A DNA stretch of 62,641 nucleotides, filler included, from Choristocarpus tenellus KU-1152 (lineage: Eukaryota > Protista > Phaeophyceae): the NCBI GenBank assembly GCA_964200185.2. It is 10 parts of 10 records of this genome, joined end to end, with 100 filler letters (N's around TTAATTAATTAA, not from the genome) between each part and the next. Parts side by side here need not be neighbours in the genome. Positions count along the whole stretch, not along the records: positions 51,521 to 54,306 come from CAXNAD020024770.1; positions 54,407 to 57,067 come from CAXNAD020025868.1; positions 57,168 to 62,641 come from CAXNAD020010668.1; 7 more parts are not named here. One strand, given 5' to 3'. Below are positions 51,691 through 62,641 of this stretch, in pieces (positions within the stretch are counted from its first letter, which is position 1; each line of letters starts with the position of its first letter). Position numbers and translations under genes: made by a program. The notes beneath the pieces are model-generated. The model was given only the letters and a program-made list of their open reading frames with translations, had not been told where the DNA came from and made no database searches.

Positions 51691-53269
51691 CTGGTCTGTG
51701 ACAATCTCCGGTTGTACTTCCGAAAATGATGCTTGTACTTCCTCCTTGCTCAAAGAAACCAGCTCCAGTTTACGGCATACTTCTGTGGATTGGAGGAGAG
51801 CACTGTAGTAACGGGCCTGCGCCAAAGAAGGGTTCGGCAGAAGCATTAAAAAAATATAAATAAGGTTCACTAGAAGCATTAAAAATATAAATAAAGTTCA
51901 GTATAAACAGGGTTCGGTAGAAGCATTAAAAAATATAAAAATAAATAATTGCACATTTGTTTTGTGCAGTCGTGCGTGTGTTGGGAGGTTGGAAGAGATT
52001 TGAAAAAAAAAATTAAGGCAATATATGTAAATAAAATGACATGAAATAACAATAATAAATGCTCCAGAGTACTCTTGCAGTGCTTCTCGAAAAAATCGTT
52101 CCGAACGAGTATGCTTACTTACAATGATATGGATGGATGGATGGATAGATGGATGGATGGATAGATAGAGAGGATATATAGATAGATAGATGGACAGATA
52201 GAGAGAGAGAGAAGAGAGAGAGATGGTGACTGGGCTGTCTGTCCTTGCCAACTAAAGGCCTCTCTGACACCAACCGATGTTATAGTTCCAAACATGTAGA
52301 CTACCTACGGAAAGGTATGTGTACATACAGTTTTGCTTTTTGTTCTTTGCCATCAATCTTTTTTTTTTTTAAAGCAGTCAGCTCTCTTACACAACCACAC
52401 CTCTACTTCAACTTCAACACTGTCAACTTCAAGTTGATCCTTTTCTCGTTCCAGTTTGACTTTTTCACACTTTCAGGGTCATTGTAAAGCAGGTAACGTA
52501 CATGTGTACAAAACACACAGCAACCATCTCAACCCTAACCCCAACCCTAACCCTAACGTGTGATAACGCAAAAATACATGCACTATTTTTGTTTTATTAT
52601 TATTATTATTATTATTATCATTATCATATACGTAAAAATAAATAGCACAATCCAACCGTACACGGTTGACGGGGTGGTGAGAAAGGAAAAAAAGTAATAA
52701 TGAAAAATAAAAATAAAAAAACGACAAAAACCTCTGTCGATCACCTTGCTGCGAACAGGCTTATCCGGGGCAACAAGACAAGTAGTCTTCCCCCCTCCCC
52801 CCAGGTGGTGCATATCCATAGCCAAGCTCGTCAGGACCCACAGGCACGGCACACTTACATCTGGTCTAACTCCACTGCCCCCCTCCCCTCCATCTCTCTC
52901 CATCCCTCGTCCCCTGCCTCCCCCCGCCCCCCCTCCCCCTCCATCCTTGTTCCTGCCTGCATCTGACCCAGCTCTAACCACACCACTTATGTTCGTACCG
53001 TTAATACTTACAGTGTTGGTACTTACACTACTGGTACCACTGGTACCACCCCTGTCCCTCGCAGAAGTACCTACAGTGTTAGTACTTACACTACTTGTAC
53101 CACTGGTACCACCCCTGTCCCTCGCAGAAGTACCTACAGTGTTGGTACTTACACTACTTGTACCACTGGTACCACCCTTGTCCCTCGCAGAAGTACCTAC
53201 CTTCGACAGCTCCAGCAGCAGGCGCCAACTGGACGTGTCCATGAGATGTGCATTGTCAAGGCACACCAC
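51691..53269 (-). CDS. STAND-class P-loop NTPase fragment (soluble adenylyl cyclase ADCY10-like ATPase region); exons 53269-52745 and 51816-51691
   Basis: Walker-B-like VVCLDNAHLMDTSSWRLLLEL, strand PCLWVLTSLAM, then KLELVSLSKEEV, typical of AAA_16/STAND domains; CAG/GT boundaries in phase 0. A further exon near 53460-53610 is possible. Confidence 0.6.
53012..53200 (-). repeat. 63-bp in-frame coding tandem repeat x3 (VGTSARD(K/R)GGTSGTSSVSTNT)
   Basis: Seen directly inside the STAND NTPase exon. Confidence 0.9.
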
Positions 53270-54406
53270 CTGGGGGGACACATCGACATCATAAAAATAA
53301 AAAAAACGACCCGGAACCTCTCTTCACATTATCATCTTCATCATTATTATTGCTATTGTTGTTGTTACTATTATTATCATTATCATTATTATCCTTATTC
53401 TTAATATTGCTATTATTATTAATATTATTGTTACTATTAGTAGTAGTACTATGACTACACTACTTCATTGGACTGGACCACGAAATGAAAGGACCTCGGT
53501 ACGTTCTGGAAGATCCAGTCCAAGGTACCTTCCGACGATGTATTTTCCCACTGGCTTTCTTGCTTCACTTTCTCATCAGTCGGACATAGCAGTAAAGTTT
53601 TCAGGCGCTTGAGCGTTTGCGAAGGGGTGACTATAATTAGAGTTAGGGTTGGTCTCGGTGTGGAGAAAATTAAAAAGACTTTAGAGAAGGGACCGTGAAG
53701 TCCGCGCCTTCCAAGTCCCCGACACATATTGCACTGGCTCTTTCTGCGGTTCGGGAGTTCGGAATCGGAAAAAAAAAAGTTTTTCATCCTCTTTGATTGG
53801 ACAGTCACCGCAGACGAGTTCGAGATTGAACGTATCGTTTCCTCTTTACCCTTACCCTTACCCTTACCCTTACCCTTACCCCTTGCAGCCCACCATTTTT
53901 TTTATTAATATATATATTTTTGGTAATTCCCACCTCAGAAGGCGGTCAAAAATTCACGAAACGAACTTTTTTCTTCTTTTTTCTTTTTTCTTTCCCCCCT
54001 TTAATTTTTTGATCAGTCTCGTAAGGAATCAATTCGAGAAACAAAAAAATCAACTTTCCTGAATTAGGGTCAGGGCTAGGGTTAGGGTTAGGGCTACGTC
54101 GACACTACGGCTACGCAATAATAGACCGTTAATCATTGGCTTACAAATAGAGCCAGCAGATTTTTTTAACTGAGCACAAGTATGAGGACCTCGGATTTCT
54201 CAGCCGGCGCAGATGGGGTTATGGACTGACCCAAAGTATCTGTGGGGGGGGGGGGGGGGGGGGGGGGGGGTGTTTCAACCGGGGGGGCGTTTTTTTTGGT
54301 CCCAAANNNNNNNNNNNNNNNNNNNNNNNNNNNNNNNNNNNNNNNNNNNNTTAATTAATTAANNNNNNNNNNNNNNNNNNNNNNNNNNNNNNNNNNNNNN
54401 NNNNNN

Positions 54407-54748
54407 GCACATGTTCATGCAACCACTTTGTAAGGATTACCCTGTATCTGTGTTTGAGGTTGATGATGGTGCAATCAATACTGAAGTATCTGGGGGTAGA
54501 ACCAAGCACATTGATATTAGGTATCACTATGTACGTCAGTTGGAGAGGGAAGGCAAGATAGCAATTGAGTATTTGCCAACGGAGTTTCAACATGCTGATC
54601 TTTTTACCAAGTGTTTATCTAAGGAGTCTTTCAATAGGCATTCTAGTGTTATCATGTGTAGAATGAAGTGGAATTGATTTCTGTGTTAAGGATATGTTAA
54701 GAACTTTTGTGGTACTGTTTTTCACTTGAAGTTCAAAGCAGGGGAGTG
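54407..54748 (+). mobile_element. Ty1/Copia retrotransposon 3' end: RNase H C-terminus (to 54677) and polypurine tract
   Basis: RTKHIDIRYHYVRQL...IAIEYLPTEFQHADLFTKCL is the canonical Copia RNase H end; PPT AAAGCAGGGGAG precedes TGTTAAG. Confidence 0.9.
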
Positions 54749-55071
54749 TGTTAAGAATATGCTTTTTATTCATTCATCATGTGTAAAAGAAGATTCTGTA
54801 GAAGAAACAATCTAAGAATGAAGAGACGGTGTTTGCATTCTGAAGAATAAGAAGATAAGGTTGAGCTTCAAGACCTAGAATATGGAAGAGTTCAGGAATG
54901 GGAAGTATTGTGGGAAGTAAATTCAGATTAGTTTGATTGGTCATTCACGGAATAGAATTGATTTGGTTGAAATGACACCCCCCTTTGGGGTTTGAAGCTC
55001 CTCTCCTTTCTTACTTCATGTACAACAACCTGTTCTACATAATGAGGAAATATTCGAGTTATTTACTTACA
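54749..55071 (+). mobile_element. Putative 3' LTR of the Copia element
   Basis: Starts TGTTAAG just after the PPT; candidate end CTTACA at 55071 (TG...CA). The 3' end is inferred because no second LTR is available. Confidence 0.55.
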
Positions 55072-55399
55072 CAAGTCTCGGAACACCAATTTCTTTACCA
55101 TAAATTATCCTCTATTCTCTAATATATTATATATTGTATTTTTTATTTACAGATTAGAAACCAAATTCACCCATTAAGATTTTCGCAGAGTAAACCCTTG
55201 AGGGAACGAGATAGTAAACCGTCGAATTAAACCATGACGGATTATGGATGATCTAATGAAAGAGTTATCCAATCGAAGCGACCCATTTATCCCAGCCAAT
55301 CAAAATGCTGCAAAACCTGTATTATACAAGGAGGACACTTACATTGATTTGGGCAAATGGTAGATGCGCTCGTTTGCTAGCATGTCACACCCTTCCGCT

Positions 55400-56110
55400 G
55401 CCTCAGCCGAAACCCCGATCATCAGGAAGAAACAGGGACTATATCGCCACAACAAGACTTCCATGCACGAATAGGTATCAAACCAAACTTCACTCTTATA
55501 CAGAGAGGTTGTCAACCGTGTACTGGCAGCCCTTGCACCGATGCTTCAACCTGTTTTAACCCAGAACTCCTCTCCCGCTGTCTTTGCAGCCTTAAATACC
55601 GAACCTTCTTCCGTTCCCGGCAAACACAGTACCTCGCTCATTCCTAAAAAAGCAAGGCATCAAAACCCATTCGACCAGTCAAGTCCGTTCCCCAGCCTAT
55701 GTTTTGATCCCCACTTGCTCTACCCATAGACGAGGCGAGCAATAGAAGTCGGCACGATTCGGGCAAAGGCTTACCTCCATCATCTTCCTACCAGGACAAA
55801 GACGATACATGACTAAAGGCACACCGAATATGCTTTCATCATGCCTGTAGTCAAGACTGCTTCACGTCCATAACTGACGAGTGCAGGTATATATATAAAA
55901 CGACTCCTTAGTTTCCAGGGGAATCCTCCCATACCTTTCGGGAACCGACCGAGGACCTCCGGGTACTCAATCCACTGCAGAGTCTCGTACGATGGTATCC
56001 TTAATACAAACGCATCTCCGATACCTAGCAGCGATGCAAGACTCGAAACTCTCTCCACTATTCGCGAGAATCCCAACCGATTCGGACGCTGCAGAGTCGT
56101 CTTCAAGTTA
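55400..56110 (-). mobile_element. Decayed DIRS/Ngaro-like tyrosine-recombinase remnant (tentative)
   Basis: Interrupted frames give QWIEYPEVLGRFP...LVSYG...LTTGMMKAY...IARLVYGV and CLAFLGMSEVLCL, resembling the YR N-terminal region and the F..LRxSE motif; many stops and frameshifts. Confidence 0.3.
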
Positions 56111-59100
56111 CACCATGGAGTCTGAGTTTCCAGTCATATCATTCCAACTATAGACATTTAGACTTTCGTTTCCACCTCGATAATATTGATAATCGGCCTA
56201 TGGTACTACTCAAGTATCGACATATGCCCTGATATGTCACCCACACAGAGTCCACTGGAGAATGCTTGCCCAGGTACTGCTTGACAGAGGTGCAGGTCTC
56301 ATCTATTTTTGTGAAATTGCTTACTACATACAACTCAACATGGCAGGCAAAGGGACCATACATGCAGCAAACTCCAGAGGGTGCAATATTCCACCAATGC
56401 TGGTACTGAGGTCATGCAAACTTCTGCTAGCGTTTTCCCCATAGTAAAAAGTGCGCAATATGACTTTTAGGATAATGGTGGGGCTGCCTTACGAAATTAT
56501 TTTTAGGAGCAACATTTTATAGACAACACTAGAGTGAACTGTCATTTAGAGAAGGTCAATGCCTTCAACCATCACCACTATCACCATGGGTACCTTTTGT
56601 CAACATTCCAACACTCAGATCGAGCCGTAACGATGTACCCTTGTCAGACCTTAGAAAAATGGCATTGTAGTACAAAGGAAAGTTCTAAGATGGATTAGTT
56701 GTCAGACTAGGTTAACTAAACAGAAGAAATGAACAGCTTAACCTTACCACAGTTGGATGTTTATCATGCCTTCTAGGACCTTCACAACCCTAACACAAGT
56801 CCACGCCCAACTAATGTTCCAACCCAAGAACAACTCTTACCCCGAGAGGATGTGTTGCATCTCTTCCCTATTGGTACTAGTGTCAAACATTGTGGAAGGA
56901 TGAAAGCTGAAGAGACCGGTAGGATGGGGTCCAGTTTTTGAGTTCAAGTCACCCCACTGGAGGGTATGGTTGAAGGATGGAGGTAAGGAGGAATTCAGCA
57001 GGAGAGAGATAAGTGCTTCCTCCAGAAAACCTCCCAGCAGGTGACAACGGTATGCCTGAAGGACATGNNNNNNNNNNNNNNNNNNNNNNNNNNNNNNNNN
57101 NNNNNNNNNNNTTAATTAATTAANNNNNNNNNNNNNNNNNNNNNNNNNNNNNNNNNNNNNNNNNNNNTGTTATGTAGGTGTTCCGAATCTTACTCTGCAT
57201 CTTCTCAAAATCATCATTTATCCTGTAAGGCTAACTATGTGTTACTAATGTCGTATATAGTTTATACTTGTTAGAACTTGAGAAACAATCCTCACATTAT
57301 ACGTTTGTTACAAATGTTCGTATATCCTAAAACACAAGAAGAAAATGCTCGCGCTATTCGTTTGTAACAAATGCTCGCACTTTGTTGAAATACAAGAAGA
57401 AACGCTCGCGGCATTTGCCTGCAAAACATCAAGCTCTCCCCCCCCCTTTCGAAAAGGAGGGGCAACCTCTCCTACTGGGGAAGGACTGGGGTGCTTGATT
57501 TTATTATTTTTAGATTTTCCATTTTTTTCTGCGTGTTCCTGCGTTGTCGAGGAGGTGGGGGAGGGGGGGCTTCATTGCTTCTTTTCTTTGAGCAAATTAA
57601 TTTCTTCTTTTTTGCATCATTTCTGGCTGAGGGGTCGAGCATGTTGTGTGGGCACTTCTTTCTCCATGCAAAGTGTTAAAAGCAGTGTTGGGTCATGAAT
57701 CAAACTAATTTGTGTTGATCATTCATGAACTAAACCAATTTATGTTGACCAATCGATCCAATCAACTCAAGCGAGGGAGAGGACACGACGTTGGGGCTTA
57801 AAAATATATGGAAGTTGTACTGCTAGAGGCGTAATGTAGATCAGGCGTCACGTGAGTTCGTTATTACAGAGCCAAAATGAGTTCAAATCACCCCGAGCAC
57901 TCCACCAACACAAGCATGGTCTTGGATGTGCATTTGAGTGTGTGTGTGTGCGTTTGTGTGTGGTGCGCGTGTGTATTTGTGATATTTCTCTTCATTTCAA
58001 ATCAACCGAGACATGTCATGACAGACTATAGTACACACACAAAAAGAAGACAGAAATATAATTTTAAAATATATAACAAATCATACAGATGGATGAGTTA
58101 GGAAGACATGGAACAAAAAAGAAGTAACGATGACATGGATCACGCACTTCCAGCGCACGACAATTTTATCAAGCAGTCTAAATTGTCGGTATTAATAAAA
58201 TAAAAAATTAACACTTTCTTTTACGTTCTTCACTGCATTAAGAACATAAACCATTGTCTTTGTTGGAATGAATATGTCCCTCCCTATCTCTTTAGAGTAT
58301 ACATCACAGCAAACGCAAGCAGTAAATGTACAACTCCAACAGATAAGTTACCGGAGCACACCACCAACAACAACAAATAGAAAGTACACGCCGCCACAGA
58401 CAGACGCTGTAGCGCTCCAGAGCGCTTTTGATGGAGCGCAACAATACATCGATAATGCGGTTTTCTACACCTAATGGCTTGTCTATTTCACAACCAGTCT
58501 CGTTGGTTTAGACATGCATGCTTGCCTCAAAACAGAACCAGCTGTTCAAGTCATTTATACATGGCTAAAAACCAAACTCGAGAAAAATACCTAACCCTAA
58601 CAGCAACAAATAAAATAAAACAAAACAAAAAATGTAAAAATCGTTCGTTTTTGAATCAAAATAAAAATAGTAAGTAAATATGCTGAGACACCTTTACTAC
58701 TACTACCACTGCTACTGCTGCTCCTACTATTGTGCTATACAGGAGGGGTAAAAATCAAGAAGTAAGGACACCACCATCACCACTACAACTACACATCACA
58801 TTCGCCTATCAGGTCTCTTCTGCCTGTGCAATTCAAGGGGCGCTTCTAACTCTAAAGAACGAACGATATCAGGTTTAACAAATTTACAGTTACACATTTA
58901 TAGTTACATATTCCTCAAATGTAGCTCCTTTTGCAATCAAGAGGTGAGATGCTAACTTCCGTCGATAGGAAACGACCCTGGAGATGAGACGCATGTCCTA
59001 CTCGCTCAAAACGGTCCTCAAATATATTTTTTAAAGAAATAAATCTAAAGCTAGCAGTACACAGTTGAGGTATATATACATTGTCTTTTAAGTGCTGCAC

Positions 59101-59304
59101 ACATGGTCTAGAGTCCTACACTGTGCAGCGTTTCCAAATATCCACAGTTCTAGGAAACTTCTAAAAACGTTCTATAAACAGGAAAAAAAATAACTGGAGC
59201 AAAATCGGCAGCCGGAGAAGAACGGAGCACTACCGATATACCGACCAGAACTCCCAACCTCCTTTTTGTGATGTAGGGTTAGGGTTAGTATACTTTTGAC
59301 TCAC

Positions 59305-61368
59305 GAGAGGTACCCCACCGGAGGCCGTGAAGGCACTCCCTTGAGGACCAGACCAGAGTCTCCCAAGGTTGTGGATCCGTCGAACACATTTGAGACAGCA
59401 CAACCACAAAGCAGAAGGTTCAACAGTTCCTGAAAAAATAAACACACACACAGACACAGACACACAGACACACACACACACACATGGAGGTAGAAAAGCA
59501 GGCACACAAAAAGCCATGTGTTGATGTGGCATGTGGTTACAGCAAATACCCACATGCGTGTGCATGTGCAGGCACAGACATGAAACAAATATGGAAACGC
59601 CATCGCGGCATGCACAAAAAGGTGAATATCCCTAAATATTGGCAGTATGTTTTAATTTACTTCAGGTGGCATGCATGTGCTGCCAAAGCAGAGGGAACAC
59701 CTACATAGTACACTGGATGATATTCCAATCAATAGCTAGAAAATCTATCAAACGTTTGACTGTGCCAACCTGCAAAAAAAAATTGAAGCACATAGGATCT
59801 TGGTTCCCTCCTAATGCACAGAATAAATTGAACTAGTCACTTCACAAGAGAGACTACTGATACCATGAGTGAAATGATAACAAAGGATACAGTGTAACTT
59901 AAGACTTCGCTATGTTACTGCATGGCAGTATTTTTCCCGACCTGTGTGCAATGGCCAAACTGCCCCGTAAGATAGCTGGCATCATCCATGTCATCCCTGA
60001 TACGCTGGACTCCCCTGGTAAACACTAGGCTCAGCACAAAGAGCACCACTCCTCTCTCACTGCGAAACTGATCCATGTGTTGCTTCACAAAGGCGAAAGC
60101 CTCCTCACCTCCAAGACCATCATCGCCACCTGAGAAATAATTCCGACACAATTCTGCATCCTTTTCACCTTCAGAGTTCACTCCAGAGCCCGCTACAGAG
60201 CCTTGAACTTCATCATTGCCCACCTCAACCGTCGTCACCGTGATCAATGCAATACCCCTGCTATGTTGATGGTGCCCTTCCGCCTCCCCATCTACCCTGG
60301 CGGTGGCCGCTCGAGTCAGCACTGAAACTAATGCCTGTGCTACGGCATCCTCTGCCTCTGCAGTAGTGCAGTTGGGCAGGTGACCCAACCCCTGGCTCTG
60401 CTGTGACGAGGAAAGGATCGAGCCAGTGGACCTTACGCTGCCGAGTATTGTCACCGTCACAACATGAACAAAAGAACCAAAGGTTAACTGGAAGATGTGG
60501 GGAAATGAGCTTTGCACAGTGAGACAGTGGTCATGCCCCAAAGTGCAAGCTGATTTCGAGTCTGAGTCAGTAGTGGTGCAGGTATTGATACACGACGCAT
60601 GGACACTGTAAGTCATTAGTTTGGAGCTACTTGGTAAATGAGGAGAGAAAATGACTACACCTGGGAGTGGTGGGCGGGCCACTTGAAGAGCTCCGACCAA
60701 AAATCAAGGTCCGAACAACTTCGGCCTGCACAGCCGCCAAGACGCCGCAGGGACCACCCTCTCCTTGTTGCAGCCCGAAAGTTGGATCACCACGTAGAGT
60801 AAAGCCCTACGATGTACAGTATGAGTGATAGTTCAAGAAGAAGGCTTTCGTTGAACTTTCACGCATTGCACACGAGTTGCAGTTAGGACTTTATCTTACA
60901 CGCAACACCTATAGTCCCCACATTTGTCCTCTTCGCAATATATCTCACAGATATTGCGCTTGATGTTAGACATGTTAGCATGTACCTGATTGTTCCAACG
61001 ACGTTTGTCGTCATCGGTGGAGGTGGGAGGCCACAACAGACCTTGCGCTTCCCGCAATTCTCCTTCCTGCACCTGTGAGCTTTCAGCATCCTCCGATGAT
61101 GGCGCCAACTCCACATTTTCTGCAGTGACTGATCGAAATATTCACACCAATACATTCCATAAAGATGCATGTCAATATTGGTTGGAGCAATAGACTGGTT
61201 TATATCCATTGACGAAGGAAAGTAGAGCATTGTCTCTCCAAAATCTCATCCTGTGTTCACAGTGTACCTACCTGAGCCACTTGGTGCTGTATGCTTAACC
61301 TCATCTATAGTACATCCGAGGGAAGTCAATCGTCGACGGCGCAATTCCTCCTGCGTGAGGGTACTCAT
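59305..61368 (-). CDS. MINDY-3/4 (FAM188) family deubiquitinase, 3'-partial; exons 61368-61272, 61119-60986, 60806-60661, 60437-59942, 59429-59305
   Basis: RWNNQ|GF...GLQQGEGGPCGVLAAVQA (catalytic Cys), GVVLFVLSLVFTRGVQRIRDDMDD...GHCTQ|ELLNLLLCGCAVSNVFDG...LKGVPSRPPVGYLS. Phases join (1,0,2,0). The catalytic-His exon was not found in the window. Confidence 0.88.
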
Positions 61369-62641
61369 CTGCAGGTCTGTTGTCTCTGTTTTACGACTAG
61401 GTTGCCCTATCCCTGCTTGTTCTCTTTAGTGTCCGTTTCGGTTGGCCTCCCATTTTACTGCAACTCCTTTGTTAGTAATTGTAGTATAATGGAGGTTATG
61501 GATGTGATTGTCCACCTGCATTCTTTCATGGGAATATCCAGGTTCGAGTCCTGGTGGCAAAGCAAATGTTATATAAATTTGACTTGGATAGACCACTCAA
61601 CAAAGTGTATTGGAAGGTAAATGTATATCTTATTATCTTGCGCTAAAAGATAAAAAGGGATGTCCGGAAAAATCTACGTAGTGGTGAGAAAGATTGGTTG
61701 CGGATGAAGGGAGCACACACGAGAGAGAAAGTGGAGCGATAACGGATGGGATGGCTAACCCCAACAGTCCTTAACAGGTGAGAGAAATCATGGCACGCAC
61801 ACATGAAATTAGTTTTAGTGCAACACGTAGCTCACAGGATAGAGGAAATAGTGCAATGTACACTGCCATCTTACTTAACACTGTTCAAGGGGCCGTAGTC
61901 TGTAGTACGGTAGGGTCGAGGTAATGGAGAAGAAGTACCCACACTAAAGCAAGGGAAAATATCGCACAGATATATATGTGTGGGTCATGTAATTCTGTGC
62001 CGGCATTGTTCGCTCAGACAGTGTTAGGGAACAGAATCACGGGGCGAGACGGACCAAGACAAACCGTAACTGAGACAAGGTTAAGGTTTGGACAAGTACA
62101 AGCAACAAGAGAGAATAAGCACTTTTCATGGAGAGGAACTATAAAAAAATATCACTCGGTGGTTGATTGCTCTCTGAATTATCCTCCCATGTAACACCAT
62201 GGTTCTTCCCGACGATTGTCACCAGAGTTCTGGGAGATAATATCAGACGATATGGCAGTATATGGTACAGTAATAAACGGCATGACAATAATCCTACGTT
62301 CCACATCATCCCTCAGATCCATACAACCATAATTCAGGCCAACCAAAAGGTGATCTCTAGGAGAAAAATGGGAAACAGGAGTGACTGTTAGCATACCACT
62401 GCATCATTTCATCACACAACTTCATAAATATGACATGAAGTGTAATGCATGAACATGGCATTGATTAGGATATCACTAGCAAAAAGTTGGTGGTATGTGG
62501 TCAGCATTGCATCATCAAGCTCATGGTCAAGGCCTGAGGGCCTGGGATCAGCAATTGTCGATAAGTCCGAATACGAGACGAGGGGTATATTGGACCAGCA
62601 TATAACAGTGGATTCGCAAAATTGAGGATGGAGCGGGACTA

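Noticed and set aside
58330-58430. ALERYSVC as the next MINDY exon
   Set aside because: Phase fits, but the acceptor is weak and the expected P.W..GS.SH catalytic-His motif does not follow.
198-62394. Most 60-120 aa ORFs in the supplied track
   Set aside because: Intronic, antisense or low-complexity frames, often starting at TTG/GTG, which is not meaningful in spliced eukaryotic DNA.
1-62641. Apparent cluster of ubiquitin/SUMO genes (SAE1, F-box, WDR20-like, MINDY)
   Set aside because: They are on different contigs joined by artificial spacers, so there is no evidence of physical linkage.

Overview
Intron-rich eukaryotic genomic DNA. Long introns and dispersed TTAGGG tracts fit a stramenopile or brown-alga-like organism, but that assignment is inference only. 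The window is 10 contigs joined by artificial 100-nt spacers (44N-TTAATTAATTAA-44N), so neighbours across spacers are not necessarily linked. Splicing by hand gives an apparently complete 7-exon SUMO E1 subunit gene (SAE1/AOS1, minus strand), head-to-head with a 3'-truncated BRCT-containing family X DNA polymerase (plus strand). Partial genes: cytosolic ribulose-phosphate 3-epimerase, an F-box/SNF2-type ATPase (At3g54460-like), a WDR20/DMWD-like WD40 protein, a STAND-type NTPase (ADCY10-like), a MINDY-3/4 deubiquitinase and one unidentified spliced gene. Non-coding DNA holds several MITE/foldback families, a Copia 3' end with LTR, decayed retroelement and transposase remnants, many minisatellites and unusually dense short interstitial (CCCTAA)n/(TTAGGG)n tracts. 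I see no clear new multi-gene system. The best leads are a Pol-lambda-like enzyme lacking the dRP-lyase lysine, the pervasive intronic telomeric repeats, a possible intron born by tandem duplication, a VCP-binding-like motif on the MINDY DUB, and a GC-AG intron that restores an F-box. All homology calls come from recalled motifs, not database searches.
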